A DNA stretch of 64,000 bases from an uncultured Chloroflexia bacterium (lineage in GTDB: Bacteria > Chloroflexota > Anaerolineae > JAAYZQ01). How positions within the stretch are numbered: the stretch's first letter is position 1; each line of letters begins with the position of its first letter. Of the stretch, positions 60,333 to 64,000 are shown in pieces. The notes below the pieces were generated by a model. That model was given only the letters and a program-made list of their open reading frames with translations, did no database searches and was not told the DNA's origin. The DNA lies in NCBI GenBank assembly GCA_963700285.1, contig CAVOXA010000010.1, positions 1,856,001-1,920,000 on the forward strand. The letters run 5' to 3'. The translations under genes were made by a program, and so were the position numbers.

Positions 60333-61421
60333 CTAGACTGCGGCCCAAGTGAGAGCATTCTCAGGCGTCATGTCGCTGAAGAACGCTTCCACAGTCTCGA
60401 GCAATACCTTCATCGAGCCGTATAGCCGATTGGCGGCAACGTGGTTCTTGAGGCGCAGCCAGATGTCTTCAACGGGGTTCAGGTGGGAGCAATACTTGGG
60501 CAGATAGTACAGCTGGAGCTGTGGGTGAATCTCCAACCAATCACGGACGAGGTGGGCAGTGTGGCTGCTGTAGTTGTCCACAATCAAGATAATGGGCTGA
60601 TGGGAATAGACAATCAACAGATGTTCCAGGAAAGCGAGAAGTCCTCTTTGCGTACCCGCTCGCGGACGAGGTAGGTCCATTGTCCCGTGCGGATGTTCAA
60701 TGCACCGAACAAGGCACGGGTCGTGTTCGAGCCTGGCGTCGGAACGCGAACCTGTTGACTGGCCCAGTGCCACATGGCGCGGATCAGTGGCAAGAGCTGG
60801 ATCCGCGATTCGTCCGCATACAAGATGGCTGTTTCCGGTGGTGCTTCCACTGCTGCCTTGACGATTGTCCACTGTTTCTGCGCTTTCTCAGGATCGACCT
60901 TGGCTGGCATTGCCAGTCGAGGACGACCCCAGCGCAATCCCATCTGATGCAGTGTTCTACGCAAAGCGCTCAGGCTGAGGGTTACTTTCAGCTCATGGGT
61001 CAGAGCCAGGGCCAGCGTGGCGACTGTCCAAAAGGTTGCCAGATAGCCTTCCTGCTGTGGATCCTCTTGCATCAGTTGAACCACTATACCTTGCACCTCA
61101 TCGGTGATCTTTTGCGGTCGACCGCTGCGCGGTTGATCATACAAACCGCTCGGACCGTGTTTGTTGAAGCGGTGGATCCAGAAACGGACGGTAGCACGAC
61201 AAACGCCAAAGATGTCAGCGAGCTCGGGTACCTTCTTTCGCCGAGTGGACAACAGAATCATCTGCGCTCGCTGGCTGACTCGTCCGACCTCTTGGCGAAC
61301 CATGCGCTCGAGTTCTCTTTGTTCTTCATCTGTCGGTTCTCGGGCATAAAGCATTTTGCACCTCCGCTATCATTGTACCACCATTGCGGAAAAGTGCAAT
61401 AGACTTTCTGCTACCTACTTA
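60333..61421 (-). mobile_element. IS630-family element (transposase 61354-60333, one indel near 60640); only one end recognisable
   Basis: HTH GLYDQPRSGRP; YADES, LIVDNYSSH, LPKYCSHLNPVEDIW DDE; upstream end TAAGTAGGTAGCAGAAAGTC on the minus strand. Confidence 0.88.
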
Positions 61422-61463
61422 GGGCCATTCGCTGTACCTCCCAAAACCAGTCTCTCGCTACCC

Positions 61464-62630
61464 TCAGCCGAGAGCGGTTTTCATTCTATCCAACGCCTCA
61501 AGCAGCACCGAGCGCTGGCAGGCAAAGTTCAAGCGCACGAATCCTTCGCCCCCCGTACCAAAGCTTGCGCCATCCGTGAGAGCAACGCGAGCTTGCTCCA
61601 GAAAAAAGCGAGAGGGGTTCCCCGGAATTGAGGTCTGGCGGCAGTCCAACCAGGCCAGATAGAGGGCTTCCGGCCGGGTCGTACTGATTCCGGGGAGGTT
61701 GCGTTCGACATAGTCGACGACCAGATCCCGATTGGCCTGCAGGTACTGTAGCACCTGGTCGAGCCAATCCTGGCAATCACGATAGGCTGTCAAGGCAGCC
61801 ACGAAGCCCAAGGTGTTTACCTCGGGAAAATACGCGGACGCAGCCCTTTGCAGTTTGCTGCGCAATGCCGCATCGGGGATGATGGCCATTGAACAGCGCA
61901 AGCCGGGTAGGTTAAAAGTCTTGCTTGGGGCGATCAGGGTAACCGTCTTTCGTGCGATTTCTGGATCCAGGGAAGCGATGGGGATATGTTTGCTCCCTGA
62001 GAAGACGAGGTCGCAGTGAACCTCGTCTGAGCAAATGAGAACATCGTTGCTCAGGCAGATCTCGGCCATCCGTTCCAGCTCCTGGAGCTGGAACACACGG
62101 CCCACCGGATTGTGTGGATTGCACAGAATAAAGACCCGAGTCCGATCCGTGATGGCAGCCTCAAACACCTGAAAGTCGATTCCATAGTTCCCGCTGGACT
62201 CCTGGACCAGTTCTACCTCGTTGCGGACCAGATGATCCAAGCCTGGCATGTCATAGATCGGGCCAAAGACAGGTGGTTGGACCAACACGCCATCGCCAGG
62301 CAGCGCAGACACACGGCAGACGCGCGTGAATCCGAGGATCACACCCGGTTGGAACACGATCCACTCCGGGGATACCTGCCAGCCATATAGCCGCTTCATC
62401 CGATCTGCGATTTCCTCTCTCAATTCAGATGGCTCTGCGCAGTAGCCAAAGATTCCGTGCTCAACCCGAGCATGCAGCACCTCGATCACTGGCTCAGGCG
62501 ACCGGAAATCCATGTCGGCCGTCCAGAATGGGAGTACATCTTGGCCGTAGCATAGCCACTTGGAACTGTCTGATTGGCGCCTATCGACGATCTTGTCAAA
62601 ATCATACGGGGTCTTTGCCTTTGAGAGCAT
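61464..62630 (-). CDS. MalY/PatB PLP-dependent C-S lyase
   Basis: WTADMDFRSP, LCNPHNPVGRV, SDEVHCD, APSKTFNLPGL, FVRLNFAC. Confidence 0.93.
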   Translation of the reverse strand: MLSKAKTPYDFDKIVDRRQSDSSKWLCYGQDVLPFWTADMDFRSPEPVIEVLHARVEHGIFGYCAEPSELREEIADRMKRLYGWQVSPEWIVFQPGVILGFTRVCRVSALPGDGVLVQPPVFGPIYDMPGLDHLVRNEVELVQESSGNYGIDFQVFEAAITDRTRVFILCNPHNPVGRVFQLQELERMAEICLSNDVLICSDEVHCDLVFSGSKHIPIASLDPEIARKTVTLIAPSKTFNLPGLRCSMAIIPDAALRSKLQRAASAYFPEVNTLGFVAALTAYRDCQDWLDQVLQYLQANRDLVVDYVERNLPGISTTRPEALYLAWLDCRQTSIPGNPSRFFLEQARVALTDGASFGTGGEGFVRLNFACQRSVLLEALDRMKTALG

Positions 62631-62685
62631 TGCCTGACTTCCTTTTCTATTTCAGTTTGAACGTGCCCAGGACAAAGCCTGGCGA

Positions 62686-63855
62686 TCACTCAAGCGCAGC
62701 GTTATGCCAAAGCTCCGTCTCAAGGAATCGATCCAGGATAGCCCGGGATTTCTTGAACAGCTCCAGATCGATATACTCGTCGGGTCGGTGTGCTTGAGCG
62801 GGCTGCCCCGGACCAAAGATGACAAAGGGCAAGTCACCTTCAGGAGCCAGTTCCAGGATATCGGAGCCGCCCAGGCCCACACCCAGAGTTGGAGCGCAGC
62901 CCTCTATGGACTCGTAGGCGCGTGCGAAGCGGGCAACCCAAGGGTCGGTCGCCGGCGTCAACAGGGGCTTGGCCTGGTACGATATTTCACTGCGGTACGT
63001 GCCCGGAGACGCTGCCTTTTCGGCCAGCTCTGCCAGGGTTCCAAGGTATACCTCTTTCTGGGCCTGGCTCGCACAGCGCATGTCCAGGTCGGCGTGACAC
63101 TGGGCAGCAACGATGTTTGTGGCGCGTCCTCCAGCAATCGTGCCCACGTTTAGCGTCGCTCGCAGGGTGAGGTCATCCGAGTATTTGTAGACCGGGAGAG
63201 TCTCCACCTGCTGTTCCATGGCCAGCAGGAACCTGGCGCAGGCGAGGATGGCATTGATGCCTTTGGCGGGTGTAGCGGCGTGGGCTTCCTGGCCTTCAAA
63301 CGTGACGCGCGTGAGCACACCACCCATTGAGCCGATCCCCAGTTCTGCGTTGGTCGGTTCGCCAATGATGAGAAAGGTTAGATTGTCTACCAGACCGGCT
63401 TCGCGGAGCGTCTGGGCGCCTCTCAGCTTCGTCTCTTCTGAGGCCGACAACAGGAGCGCTAGCCCTCTTTGCAGGCGACGTCCCGATTTGACGGCGCGCG
63501 CCACCCGGCAGAAGGCCGCCAGCAACATGGCTACACCGCCCTTCATGTCGCTAGCGCCCAGCCCATACAACCGGCCGTTTTGAAGTACGGGCGTCGTGGG
63601 GGGCAAGGTCCATCCGCCGGAGGCAGGAACCGTGTCTAGATGGCCAGACAGGCCAATCCATTCGGGCAGTTCCCCGGGTATCTCGGCGTACAGCGAGGCC
63701 CGGCCGGGTTCAAGGGGCACCAGGCGGCTGTTTATCCCTTGACTGGCCAGGTAGTCAGCCACATAGCGGGCAATCCGTTCCTCGTTGCCAGGCGGATTGG
63801 CGCTATCCATCGAGATCAATTTCCGAAGCAGCCTCGTTTGCTCGTCCTCGCACAT
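62686..63855 (-). CDS. M20 ArgE/DapE-family deacylase
   Basis: SGHLDTVP, GLGASDMKGG, SEE, GEPT, HAATP, AHRPDE. Confidence 0.92.
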   Translation of the reverse strand: MCEDEQTRLLRKLISMDSANPPGNEERIARYVADYLASQGINSRLVPLEPGRASLYAEIPGELPEWIGLSGHLDTVPASGGWTLPPTTPVLQNGRLYGLGASDMKGGVAMLLAAFCRVARAVKSGRRLQRGLALLLSASEETKLRGAQTLREAGLVDNLTFLIIGEPTNAELGIGSMGGVLTRVTFEGQEAHAATPAKGINAILACARFLLAMEQQVETLPVYKYSDDLTLRATLNVGTIAGGRATNIVAAQCHADLDMRCASQAQKEVYLGTLAELAEKAASPGTYRSEISYQAKPLLTPATDPWVARFARAYESIEGCAPTLGVGLGGSDILELAPEGDLPFVIFGPGQPAQAHRPDEYIDLELFKKSRAILDRFLETELWHNAALE

Positions 63856-63913
63856 GGAACACGCTCACCTATCAGAATCGTGAAAGTCTGCCTGGACTTA
63901 TCGGCACGGAAAG

Positions 63914-64000
63914 CTAGCTTACAGGACCAGGCACATACTTGGGGATCATGGGAACATCGAGATTGATGTCCGGCCCAAAGAACTTGAAGATGATCAGATC
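63914..64000 (-). CDS. 3' end of an upstream hypothetical gene (partial)
   Basis: Open frame from the window edge: DLIIFKFFGPDINLDVPMIPKYVPGPVS*. Confidence 0.5.
   Translation of the reverse strand, partial: DLIIFKFFGPDINLDVPMIPKYVPGPVS

Noticed and set aside
60614-60872. Programmed ribosomal frameshift in the IS630 transposase
   Set aside because: The break lies inside the DDE domain with no slippery A-run; a one-base deletion or error is more likely.

Overview
GC-rich bacterial chromosome segment, most consistent with Chloroflexota/Anaerolineae (archaeal-type HMG-CoA synthase/thiolase/DUF35 trio, tungsten AOR, sortase-anchored nucleotidase, serpin). Housekeeping and metabolic genes dominate: uvrA, polA, argS, a sugar-kinase/aldolase operon, a serine-pathway-like operon, peptidases and oxidoreductases. 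Clustered single-base indels suggest an error-prone assembly. Two accessory regions stand out. (1) 0.4-5.2 kb: a SNF2-helicase plus YqhG-like Zn-finger gene pair bracketed by two direct-repeat relics of the comM/yifB 3' end. The relics are studded with 8 distinct short (15-24 nt) hairpin/REP-like insertions, 2 shared and the rest seen in only one copy. (2) 42-49 kb: next to an IS66-like element, an effector-less tandem STAND NTPase pair (short STAND + STAND-TPR) converges on a 926-aa protein with an unknown N-domain, double Zn-ribbon, RHIM/amyloid-like linker and a CHAT (caspase-like) protease with both catalytic residues present. This is a candidate NLR-like immune/cell-death system. Also present: an IS630 fused to a truncated multiheme cytochrome, a tyrosine-recombinase relic interrupted by a hairpin, REP-like clusters and a hydrolase-acyl-CoA ligase fusion. 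No rRNA, tRNA or CRISPR array was seen. All calls come from reading motifs; no database searches were run.
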